A stretch of 32,000 nt of DNA. Origin: an archaeon. GTDB taxonomy: Archaea > Asgardarchaeota > Thorarchaeia > Thorarchaeales > Thorarchaeaceae. A program made the position numbers and the translations under genes. The DNA is taken from positions 63,896-95,895 of the forward strand of contig JAJRZD010000064.1 of NCBI GenBank assembly GCA_024275415.1, written 5' to 3'. Below the pieces are notes generated by a model. The model worked only from the letters and a program-made list of their open reading frames with translations. It was not told where the DNA came from and made no database searches. Shown in pieces: positions 19,053 through 27,079 of the stretch (position 1 is the stretch's first letter; each line of letters begins with the position of its first letter).

Positions 19053-19261
19053 CCCAGCTCCTACCGGTGTGACCATTTGTTAAGAACAAGATTCAACGTT
19101 CTGCGTTGCTGTCTGCGAAATACTCTTCCCTTTTGAGTCGGGTGTGAGCATATTCGTTATTTCTCCATGCCAGCCACATAGAACGCTGAGACCAGTGTTC
19201 CTTACATCTTATTGTTGCTTATATACCTCGAACCCCACTGTTTTGAGCGGAGAGAATTGCA

Positions 19262-19693
19262 ATGTCACCGAGCTTGTGGACTATCATGGAACCGATCAAT
19301 GATTACATTCTCATGAGACGACCTGCAATTCCCAGAAAATGGAGTCCCCTTGCCAGGCCTCATGTGGCAATTATTATTGATGAACCACTAGTTGGACAGT
19401 ATGCAAGATACTACATCTCTCAAATCGCATCATCCAGTTCGAAGTCGATTGGAAGCGAGAAACTCGAAACTGTGGATATTGATGAGATCGCAAAAGATTT
19501 CCCGGTTGGGACACTATTAGAAGTAAAGTTCAATGCTACAAATGCAAATCTTTACCAGCTCGAAAAATGTGGGAGTATGCCTTGCTGGCGGTGGGTTGGT
19601 AAATATCGGGGAATTAATACCTTTGAGCATCCATCTCCAATTGATTGGACTGCGATGGTGACTGGAAATCGGAAAATTGCGTCGAAACACTGA
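19262..19693 (+). CDS. Hypothetical protein
   Basis: 143-aa ORF with no overlapping better gene; no recognisable motif; start uncertain. Confidence 0.5.
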   Translation: MSPSLWTIMEPINDYILMRRPAIPRKWSPLARPHVAIIIDEPLVGQYARYYISQIASSSSKSIGSEKLETVDIDEIAKDFPVGTLLEVKFNATNANLYQLEKCGSMPCWRWVGKYRGINTFEHPSPIDWTAMVTGNRKIASKH

Positions 19694-19752
19694 ATATCGC
19701 TATTCTCTACCATAACAAGAGTTTGGAACCCCACTCGGACTCGAAAGGAAGT

Positions 19753-19893
19753 TGGTAGCGGGTGAAGGATTTGAACCTTCGATCTCGGGGTGTCCCCGTG
19801 CGAAGCTCTCAGGCATCGCCTTATGAGCCCCGCGGGATAGACCTGTGAAGCCATATCTGAACGAATCAGCTGCGGAGGCTTCCCCAACCCGCT
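19753..19893 (-). tRNA. Initiator tRNA-Met(CAU) with a D-loop intron (about 19845-19876) and an anticodon-loop intron (19792-19821)
   Basis: A1-U72 pair, acceptor AGCGGGT/ACCCGCT, anticodon stem CGGGG/CCCCG, T arm GAAGG-TTCAAAT-CCTTC, CCA encoded; upstream promoter-like AAAAAGCCTTAAAAC. Confidence 0.9.
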
Positions 19894-20010
19894 GTGACTA
19901 GGACTGAGTTTCTTCCCAGCGAGTTTTAAGGCTTTTTGTCCATCGAAATTAGTATGCCTTCAAAAGACCTGACTCGAATACACATATAATGAAGACGGAG
20001 ATGAGGACGA

Positions 20011-20268
20011 ATGATCTTTGAAGTTAGTTTCCTAGTAGCAATCTATTTCATATGGCTCGTCACTTTGGTTCATTCCATGATCTCTACTGAAGAGATATCC
20101 CTCACAATCGCTACCGTCCCCTTCATTGTGACTTTCCCAATCGCTCTTATTCTGGCAGCTGTAGCTGAGGTATTCGTGTCGGGTATCCTTCTGATAGACA
20201 TCCTACTGACGCTTATCGTTGGTGTGCTCCTTTTTGTACGATGGATCATGGCAATCGTGAGCGAATGA
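20011..20268 (+). CDS. Small integral membrane protein (about 3 TM helices)
   Basis: 85 aa, almost entirely hydrophobic; preceded by GAGGA. Confidence 0.7.
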   Translation: MIFEVSFLVAIYFIWLVTLVHSMISTEEISLTIATVPFIVTFPIALILAAVAEVFVSGILLIDILLTLIVGVLLFVRWIMAIVSE

Positions 20269-20281
20269 CACGAAAAATGAA

Positions 20282-20443
20282 TTACTTGCCCTTACGTTTG
20301 AACTCGGTGTACCCGCAGCGTCCACATGAAAATCGATTATAGTGCTCAGCCATGTATGTCCCTTTCTCACATCGAGGACATGTTCGTTTCACAGGAGTGA
20401 CTTTCCCACTCTTGGAATCGACCTTGTAGAGTTTGTGTGACAT
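20282..20443 (-). CDS. rps27ae: Ribosomal protein S27ae (53 aa; absent from ORF track)
   Basis: Manual translation MSHKLYKVDSKSGKVTPVKRTCPRCEKGTYMAEHYNRFSCGRCGYTEFKRKGK; C4 zinc ribbon; follows rps24e. Confidence 0.95.
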   Translation of the reverse strand: MSHKLYKVDSKSGKVTPVKRTCPRCEKGTYMAEHYNRFSCGRCGYTEFKRKGK

Positions 20444-20448
20444 TTTAT

Positions 20449-20754
20449 TCACTCACCAGTTACTTTCTTGGATTCGTGCCGTTTCAGGATGTGTCCGAGT
20501 TCTACCCGTTTCAGTGTGTCTTCGTTGGCATAGATACGGGCCACTCCCTCTGAAATGCCTGCACCGAACTTGGTTCTCATAGACCGAATGACCACTGTAG
20601 ATGTGCTTGCATCATATTGAGCCACAATCTTGTCTCTCACATCAAGCCTGCTTGGAGTGGTGCCTCCTTGATGATCTATTCTGAATTCAATCTCTTTCCT
20701 CCCAAGAGTCTTGTTATCAGTTTCCTTCAGGATTTCAAGCTTCATTGGCATCAC
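20449..20754 (-). CDS. rps24e: Ribosomal protein S24e
   Basis: NKTLGRKEIEF, TPSRLDVRDKI, TKFGAGISEGVARIY. Confidence 0.93.
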   Translation of the reverse strand: MMPMKLEILKETDNKTLGRKEIEFRIDHQGGTTPSRLDVRDKIVAQYDASTSTVVIRSMRTKFGAGISEGVARIYANEDTLKRVELGHILKRHESKKVTGE

Positions 20755-20929
20755 TCATTGGTTCTGTTTTCCTTACCGTAGGGTTTCAGACAGCCGACTT
20801 GGAGTTATCTAATAAAGGTTTCACTACGGAAATCTCAGCATAAATTACCCCCCTCTTAGTGGTAAGTTTATACCCTCGTGTGGACACAACATTGTACACA
20901 CAGAGGTGTTGAATTGAGAAAAACAACAG

Positions 20930-21693
20930 TTCTGTTTGTCACAACACGGTTTCTAGTTGGAATATCACAAGAGTTTCGAGTGTTCAAGACAACGCCGGCC
21001 AATAGGCATGATTGTAATGTTCTCAAGAATCTCCTGAGCGGTGCTGGCATGGAACTCCTCGACAAAATCACAAAAGAAGTCACACTCAAACACCGATACA
21101 CTGCTTTAAGCAAGATGATCACATCAATACCTGAAATTAAACCAGGAAAACTAGTAATTCCAAGGATTTTGCTACGCTCGATCCTGAATGGGTGGACACT
21201 AAACAGGCAGAGATTTCAGAATATTCAGGACAAGTAGATGATTTTAGAGAGGCTGTGTTCTCTATGCTTGAACAGATGGGTGTGAACCCAGCCAAAGTCG
21301 AGGTTCTATGGCTCTATTGTGAATTTAAGAACTAGGGACACGTTGCAAAGAAACTAGGAATAGGTCAGGGTACTGTGTCTGGCTAGATTAACCAGATACA
21401 GAAACGAAAACTAGGTGAAGCATTCGAATATGTGTGAGTGGCAAAACTAAAGCGACAGGGAATTCATGCAAGAAACGGAGGTGGGAACACAGCAGAGTTC
21501 GATTGTGTCCTTCTCGATGATACTGGGGCGATTGCCAAAGTTCCAGTGTCGGGTCTTCCGGCGCACCACCACAATACCCCGCTCAGAAATTGTAAAGAGT
21601 GAGGAGCGATTGCTCGAGCAGGGAATCCCGTTGAAGCTCATAGTCTATGGCATCCTAGATGCCAAGCTCTACACATTCGATGTTGGAAACTAG
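20930..21693 (+). pseudogene. Disrupted HTH plus PD-(D/E)xK (Mrr-like) nuclease gene (5' end approximate)
   Basis: Reconstructed ...VEVLWLYCEFKN*GHVAKKLGIGQGTVSG*INQIQKRKLGEAFEYV*VAKLKRQG...AEFDCVLLDDTGAIAKV/QCRVFRR...; stops at 21333, 21384, 21435; frameshifts near 21148 and 21543. Confidence 0.65.
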
Positions 21694-21884
21694 GAGTGAT
21701 TCACGATACGCAAAAGGCAGGTGCCAACATGATGCTATATTCAGATTCATTTCTTTCAGGGTTTGTTTCCATCCCCCCGTTCAACCCCCACCCTCTAGAA
21801 GGGCATCCGGTCATGGGAGGTATGAGCAAGAAGTGACAGACCTGTGGTTCTGAACGAAGAAGAAGATGAAACAGATCAAGGGAC

Positions 21885-22115
21885 ATGGAGCTTCGGGCTG
21901 TAATTGTCCGCGTGAACTATTTTGAGCGGACACTGGACGAACTTCTCTATGAAACGCAGTTGCACCGCAACTTTCTAGAGTGCACCCCAGAGAAACTATT
22001 ACAGCGTAGAGTCAGCTCCTAGTTCAAGAATATTAGTTTCGTTGTACTCTCTGAGTACTATGTCCATGTGCAAGACACAGTACATGCAATATGGAAAAAC
22101 TTTAACTGTAATTAA
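21885..22115 (+). pseudogene. Possible gene remnant with one in-frame TAG (22020)
   Basis: MELRAVIVRVNYFERTLDELLYETQLHRNFLECTPEKLLQRRVSS*FKNISFVVLSEYYVHVQDTVHAIWKNFNCN reads protein-like; no family recognised. Confidence 0.3.
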
Positions 22116-22133
22116 TACATTAATATACATGAG

Positions 22134-22193
22134 CTGTTCGCCCTTTGGCGAACAAAAGCGGGGATCTACGCCCTTTGGCGCAGTCACCCGCCC
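22134..22193 (-). ncRNA. Twin-hairpin structured RNA downstream of DUF3800
   Basis: Two stems with identical CGCC-AAAG-GGCG caps (12-nt repeat at 22139 and 22169); four G-U pairs that work only on the minus strand. Confidence 0.65.
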
Positions 22194-22210
22194 TATTTCT
22201 TCACTATCAC

Positions 22211-22984
22211 TCAAGCAGGAAAGTGCTTGATTCCACACCCTACCAGCCGTCTTGATCCCCCTCTGTCAAAACGATGGCTTATGACTTGGAACCCCTTATC
22301 TATCACACGATCAACATCATTCCATTGCGTCTTATTCTGTGGTAGGTTAGTGTGTCTATTCACCAAATGGGCCACAACATCTACTAACTGTGACATGTTC
22401 CTGTATTGAGAGTTGACAAAAAGAGGGTCTTCGATCAGGTATTGATTTGTTTGGTATAGAGTCCCGTCTTTGAAAAACCCGTTGTATTTTCTTCGTACTG
22501 CATTGTCGTACTTTGTGTTGACGGAGTCAATCAACAGGATACCATATTCGGGAGGTTGGTTCGCCTTTGTTCGTTTGGTGTTCTCCTTCTCTAGAAACTT
22601 GCAGACCCGCTCAAAGAGTAACCGATGTGACCACAGTTCAATCTCATCTCTGGTCTTAATCGTGTGTAGCCTGTGTTTGTGAATCACTGATGCGATTAAT
22701 GTGCAATTAATCTGTGAGATCAGTTCGAACACATTTTCTAGCAGATTGAGGGAATTTGTCCTTCCTAATCTTTTGTAGATTCCCTTCTGTTGTATGACCT
22801 CATATGCGTGAATCTCCACTTCTACAGGGGGAAGGTTCGGAAACCACTTCATCTTGAGTGAATTGACTGCATTATCAACAGATTGCCACTCACGGTCTAA
22901 CAGAATAAATGCTGCTTGAACGAACAGACGTGAACCATGCTTCTTACTAGGTTTACCAGATTCATCCACATATACCAGATACAT
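22211..22984 (-). CDS. DUF3800-domain protein (RNase H-like fold)
   Basis: MYLVYVDESG N-terminus and SQLVDVVAH (QLAD-type) motif; intact 257 aa. Confidence 0.88.
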   Translation of the reverse strand: MYLVYVDESGKPSKKHGSRLFVQAAFILLDREWQSVDNAVNSLKMKWFPNLPPVEVEIHAYEVIQQKGIYKRLGRTNSLNLLENVFELISQINCTLIASVIHKHRLHTIKTRDEIELWSHRLLFERVCKFLEKENTKRTKANQPPEYGILLIDSVNTKYDNAVRRKYNGFFKDGTLYQTNQYLIEDPLFVNSQYRNMSQLVDVVAHLVNRHTNLPQNKTQWNDVDRVIDKGFQVISHRFDRGGSRRLVGCGIKHFPA

Positions 22985-23139
22985 GTCCGATCACTCGATT
23001 TCTATCAAATCCCGTATAGTTAAAGCGTCCAGTAATATAAAAGGGCTTCTTCCTTTGAAAACCACCCCCGAGTTCGCCCGGGCGAACTTTTCCAGACCCT
23101 CCTCCGCTTCCACTGCGTCGGTTTTCTCTCTCTTCTCAT

Positions 23140-23760
23140 ATGTATGTACCGTTCCGACAGGACAAGTACGGCTATGTCTTTGTGGTGACTGGAAAAACTG
23201 GCACCAGATCAGCCCGACTGGTCGAGAGTAGTGGTTCTCTTCCATCGTGGCTACGCTGGCGTGGGGATAGTCCCGGGCTACTTTTCAATCACTCGAGGCA
23301 TGGCTTCAGGATCATCTGCAGCGTACGGCGAAAAAAGTAGGTATCACGAACCGAGTCTATCCCCACCTTCTAAGGCACACTCGCCTTACAGAACTGGCAA
23401 AACACCTCCCCCGCCAAGCGCTCACAAATTATACTGGCTGGGTACCGACTACTAGCATGGACTCAGTATATGTGCATCTGGCTGAATCGGACATCGATGA
23501 CGTTTGTTCTTCGTGCTGCTGGAATCACCAAAGACGATGACGAGGCAAAGAATGTAGTTAGATGTCCCCGTTGCCACTTCCTAACTCCCGATTCAGAGTA
23601 TTGTTCTAACTGCGGTGCCCTGCTTAAGGTGACTGAGGATGATTTAACTCGTCTTGAGGCTAATCGACTGATGTACAGGGTTCTCTAGGATGCATATGTC
23701 CAAGAGGTCATAATTGAGCGTTTCAAGGAGATTTTGACCGAAGAGAAACCGACCGAGTAA
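23140..23760 (+). pseudogene. Tyrosine recombinase/integrase remnant with C-terminal zinc ribbon
   Basis: DKYGYVFVVTGKTGTR, then after a frameshift AKKVGITNRVYPHLLRH...GWVPTTSMDSVYVHL, then after a second frameshift CPRC...CSNCG and a TAG at 23686. The N-terminal catalytic Arg region is missing. Confidence 0.88.
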
Positions 23761-23791
23761 AGGTTTCACCAGTGACAAAGATTTCAAATGT

Positions 23792-24004
23792 CTACCGAAC
23801 CTTAAGTGCGTACTTTCCCGGCTTGTCGATATTGAGCCTCTGTGCGATATACGATGATTTTCGTGGATCCTCGTGAGGGTCACGTCCACGAAGGATAACA
23901 ACCACTCCTGTATAGGATGTGGAAAGATTTGTGCTTTTGCAATTCGGGCAATGCGGTTCAGTAGTTAGAAAATGACATTCGCGACATGCTTTTGGTCGAG
24001 CCAT
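23792..24004 (-). CDS. spt4: Transcription elongation factor Spt4 (RpoE'')
   Basis: KACRECH...CPNC...YTGVVVI...PGKYALKVR. Confidence 0.94.
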   Translation of the reverse strand: MARPKACRECHFLTTEPHCPNCKSTNLSTSYTGVVVILRGRDPHEDPRKSSYIAQRLNIDKPGKYALKVR

Positions 24005-24021
24005 TCAAAATCACCCCGTTC

Positions 24022-24603
24022 CTATTCCTTCTTTGTTTCACCACGAGCAGCTTTGACATCATCCTCGACCCATGAAACATCCGGTCCAATCTTCCCAAGG
24101 AATGGCTGTCGCATGGTAAGACCTAGCTTACCTGATCTGTTCCCTGTGTCGAAGCTAATCGAAGTAATTCGAGCGCGTACTTGGTCTCCTTCCGACAATG
24201 TTCGTCCTGTTTCCTTTCCAAGGAGTGAATTACCTTTGGAATCCTGTGTGATGAAATCATCGCAGATTTGACTCACATGGCACAGTCCGTCTAACGGTCC
24301 TACCCTTATGAACGCGCCAAAGTCCATCAGCTCAACAACGTTCCCTTCGATTACTTCTCCACGAACTGGTTTAAAGACCAGCACCTTATATTGGACTGTA
24401 TGATAGGTTGCCCCATCCCCCGGGACTAGTCTTCCCTGCCCAATATCATCAATCCCAATCACAGCAATCATGAGGCCGATATCACGATCCAGAACATTCT
24501 CACTGGTCTTCCTAAGATGGTTCAATGCAGCCTTTTCAAGAGGCTCACCAAACTCTTTCGGTGGAATACGTACTACATCTTTGACAGTGATTATTGAATA
24601 CAT
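24022..24603 (-). CDS. rpoE1: RNA polymerase subunit Rpo7 (RpoE')
   Basis: DVVRIPP, GDGATYH, FGAFIRVGPLDGLCHVSQI, GLTMRQPFLGK; ATG at 24603. Confidence 0.95.
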   Translation of the reverse strand: MYSIITVKDVVRIPPKEFGEPLEKAALNHLRKTSENVLDRDIGLMIAVIGIDDIGQGRLVPGDGATYHTVQYKVLVFKPVRGEVIEGNVVELMDFGAFIRVGPLDGLCHVSQICDDFITQDSKGNSLLGKETGRTLSEGDQVRARITSISFDTGNRSGKLGLTMRQPFLGKIGPDVSWVEDDVKAARGETKKE

Positions 24604-24723
24604 CGAAATTGACCTCATAATTGATGCACTGTAGAATAGCCAGGCATCGAAAATACTCGATAGCCTGAATCTGCCGGCTCAGCGGGTCAACGCTTTATTA
24701 ACCATAAAAACATTGTGACCTGC

Positions 24724-25140
24724 TCACATTACACTGCCCTCTAGAGCCAAATGCTTTTTTCCTCTAAGGAAAATGACCGGGATTCCCGCTTTTCTAGCTT
24801 TTCTCCGGAGCATACGGTCATTTGTTGCCAGAACGCCCTGCACATCCTTGGTATACCTAAGCAGCTGGTCATCCACATTTTTTGCTTGAGGTAGCCCGTC
24901 GGAACCTATAACTTCGCATCGGCTGACAAGATTTCGCGCTATCCTGAAATGACGTTCCTCTGTCTTGTTTTTCGGGTGTGCTAATCTATGTTCCAGTTCG
25001 TCCAATGCAGTTGAGAGTATGACGAATCTTATCTTTCTCTCAAGGATGCGTTCTGCCTCTGCGAAAATATCGACCCCGAATTGAGCTGGTACAGTAAAGA
25101 AATTCGTGTCGAGGATGACTGCAAGGGGCATCGTACTCAA
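24724..25140 (-). CDS. PIN-domain protein (Fcf1/Utp24-like)
   Basis: VILDTNF, DELE, VDDQLL, LATNDRMLR; conserved position after eIF2gamma. Confidence 0.9.
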   Translation of the reverse strand: MSTMPLAVILDTNFFTVPAQFGVDIFAEAERILERKIRFVILSTALDELEHRLAHPKNKTEERHFRIARNLVSRCEVIGSDGLPQAKNVDDQLLRYTKDVQGVLATNDRMLRRKARKAGIPVIFLRGKKHLALEGSVM

Positions 25141-25152
25141 GGCCCTTATTGA

Positions 25153-26388
25153 CTATAGCTCCGCATAACCAATCAGTCGCCACTTGTTTTCCACACGACG
25201 ACCGATGGCTATTCTCTGCCCTTCTTCGGCTACGACAGGTCTCTTCAGTTCTAACTCGACCGCATCCCCATGGAGCCGTGAGATGATCCCTACAGTTGCA
25301 GCGGTGCCTACAACCAGCATCAATGGCTCTCTCAGTCGTAAGTTGTCTACCACTCGCTTTGATTCGGATCCAACAACTCTTTCCATGAGTTGTGGGGTTA
25401 TCATTATCTTATATAGTGCCTTGGGAAGCTTGCCAATCTTGCCGACTACGTTGCCTACTAACCTATCTGCCCGTGTCGAAGCTGGATCCAATTCTGTGCC
25501 CACACCAATCAACCCTCCAGGGTATGCCTCTTCAAGGCTGTTCCCACTTCCCGACCGCAGGCTCACAATATTTGCTCTGATTGGTTCAAAGCCTTTGTCA
25601 GTTTTTTGTCCAGGGGCTATCTCAATCTCGTCACCGATTCTCAGCTTTCCTTGAACAATCGAGCCCCCCACAACCCCTCCTTTCAGGTCTTGCGGAAGAC
25701 TTCCTGGCTTATTAATATCAAAGGAACGTGCGATGAACATTTTCGGAGGTGCATCTGCATCTCTATCCGGTGTAGGAATCTTTTCTTCGATTGCTTTTAT
25801 CAACATGTCAGCATTAGCCCCAAAGACAGCGGAGAAAGGAATGATTGGGGCGTCCTCTGCAATCGTACCTCTTATGAATTCTTTGATCTGCTTGTAATGC
25901 TCAAGAGCCTGCTCCTTACTCACAAGCTCTATCTTGTTCTGGACGATAATCAGGTTCTTGACGCCAACAATTTGAAGGGCATGTAGATGCTCAGCGGTTT
26001 GTGGCATTGGACAGGGTTCATTAGCCGCAATGACAAGGATTGCACCATCCATTAGACTTGCGCCACTAAGGCATGTAGCCATCAGGGACTCGTGGCCTGG
26101 ACTATCGACAAATGAAATTTCTCGGAGTGTTTCTAACTTGCCTCCACACTTGGGACATTTGCCATCATCCGCTAGGTGTGATGTTGTGTACCCCTCAGGG
26201 TCGCCGCAGGCATCGCATTGCATGATTTTGGTAGCAGCGTATCCAAGACGGATTGAGATTCCACGCCGCACCTCATCAGAATGACGATCTGTCCATTCAC
26301 CTGTAAGATAGCTGACCATCGTGGTCTTTCCGTGATCCACATGGCCTAGAGCTCCTATACTTACTTCAGACTGTCCCTGATATTTCAC
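25153..26388 (-). CDS. eif2g: Translation initiation factor aIF2 gamma
   Basis: [19 protein letters not shown], zinc knuckle, DSPGHE, QNKIEL, WRLIGY. Confidence 0.97.
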   Translation of the reverse strand: MKYQGQSEVSIGALGHVDHGKTTMVSYLTGEWTDRHSDEVRRGISIRLGYAATKIMQCDACGDPEGYTTSHLADDGKCPKCGGKLETLREISFVDSPGHESLMATCLSGASLMDGAILVIAANEPCPMPQTAEHLHALQIVGVKNLIIVQNKIELVSKEQALEHYKQIKEFIRGTIAEDAPIIPFSAVFGANADMLIKAIEEKIPTPDRDADAPPKMFIARSFDINKPGSLPQDLKGGVVGGSIVQGKLRIGDEIEIAPGQKTDKGFEPIRANIVSLRSGSGNSLEEAYPGGLIGVGTELDPASTRADRLVGNVVGKIGKLPKALYKIMITPQLMERVVGSESKRVVDNLRLREPLMLVVGTAATVGIISRLHGDAVELELKRPVVAEEGQRIAIGRRVENKWRLIGYAEL

Positions 26389-26513
26389 CTGTGCATCACT
26401 TCCAATAATCTCTTCTGTGTCAGAACGAAGGACTCAAAATTATCCATATGAACCCTTCTGTGTCACCAGTACAAGAACACATCGAAACCTGTGAACGGCG
26501 CGAGGTGACTGGC

Positions 26514-26897
26514 CTAGGCTGCTTTTGTGATGAGCTCTTCCAGAGGAGTAGATCCTTTCTCTTCTACTCTCATGTTAACCTGAGAAATCTCGCTACTAAG
26601 TTCTCTGCCCCGAACCATTTTCCGTCTGGCAATCCCGTCACGTTTTGGCCTGAACCCTGGAGGCCCACGGATCAGGATACGCTTTTTTCCTGAACCATGC
26701 ACATCAGGTCTAATTGGGAATCCTGATGTATCGCTTCCACCAGTTATTTTGAGCTTGTATCCAGGTAGACCAATAATATCACCTTCCACGATTTCCCCAA
26801 CTGTTTTTCCAACTAGGGCATTTGTCTTAGCATCATCCAGCTCGTATTGGATTGCCTTTGCAGTTTCTGGGTCACTAATCACTAGCTTGAAGGGCAA
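26514..26897 (-). CDS. rps6e: Ribosomal protein S6e
   Basis: FKLVISDP, LKITGGSDTSGFP, RRKMVRG. Confidence 0.96.
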   Translation of the reverse strand: MPFKLVISDPETAKAIQYELDDAKTNALVGKTVGEIVEGDIIGLPGYKLKITGGSDTSGFPIRPDVHGSGKKRILIRGPPGFRPKRDGIARRKMVRGRELSSEISQVNMRVEEKGSTPLEELITKAA

Positions 26898-27079
26898 TTA
26901 TCATCTCGCCTACCTTTGGTTATTACTGAATCCATCATTTGGACCGTAGCGCTAGCGTCAATATATCACTTTATGAGGATTGCGGTGTAGCTTCCAGATT
27001 CAAGTTCAGCCTGAGTCATAACCATTATAACATGCATGGATTTGGCAGTGGATAACCACGATTGACTGTGTGAACCACC

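Larger units (their letters stand above)
20813..23769. mobile_element. Decayed integrative element (boundaries tentative)
   Basis: Contains a tyrosine-integrase remnant, several pseudogenes and a DUF3800 gene; interrupts the spt4-rps24e core order; imperfect terminal repeat TAAAGGTTT(T)CAC. Confidence 0.7.

Noticed and set aside
19700-19790. tRNA-iMet as the attachment site of the integrase element
   Set aside because: No duplicated tRNA 3' fragment was found, and rps27ae/rps24e lie between the tRNA and the element.
19552-19887. 111-aa minus-strand ORF
   Set aside because: It runs through the tRNA-iMet gene.
22139-22180. Mini-CRISPR or type III antitoxin repeat array
   Set aside because: Only two 12-nt copies, no spacer structure and no cas genes; better explained as two hairpin caps.
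22991-23245. 84-aa minus-strand ORF upstream of DUF3800 as a protein antitoxin
   Set aside because: Half of it is antisense to the integrase remnant and it contains a TATA-like TTTTATAT (23035-23042) that suits a DUF3800 promoter; no motif recognised. Not fully excluded.
21333-23688. Amber recoding (pyrrolysine or TAG=Gln) to explain the in-frame TAGs
   Set aside because: The same remnants also have TGA stops and frameshifts, and core genes (nop5, elp3, rnhB, spt4, eif2g) end normally in TAG.
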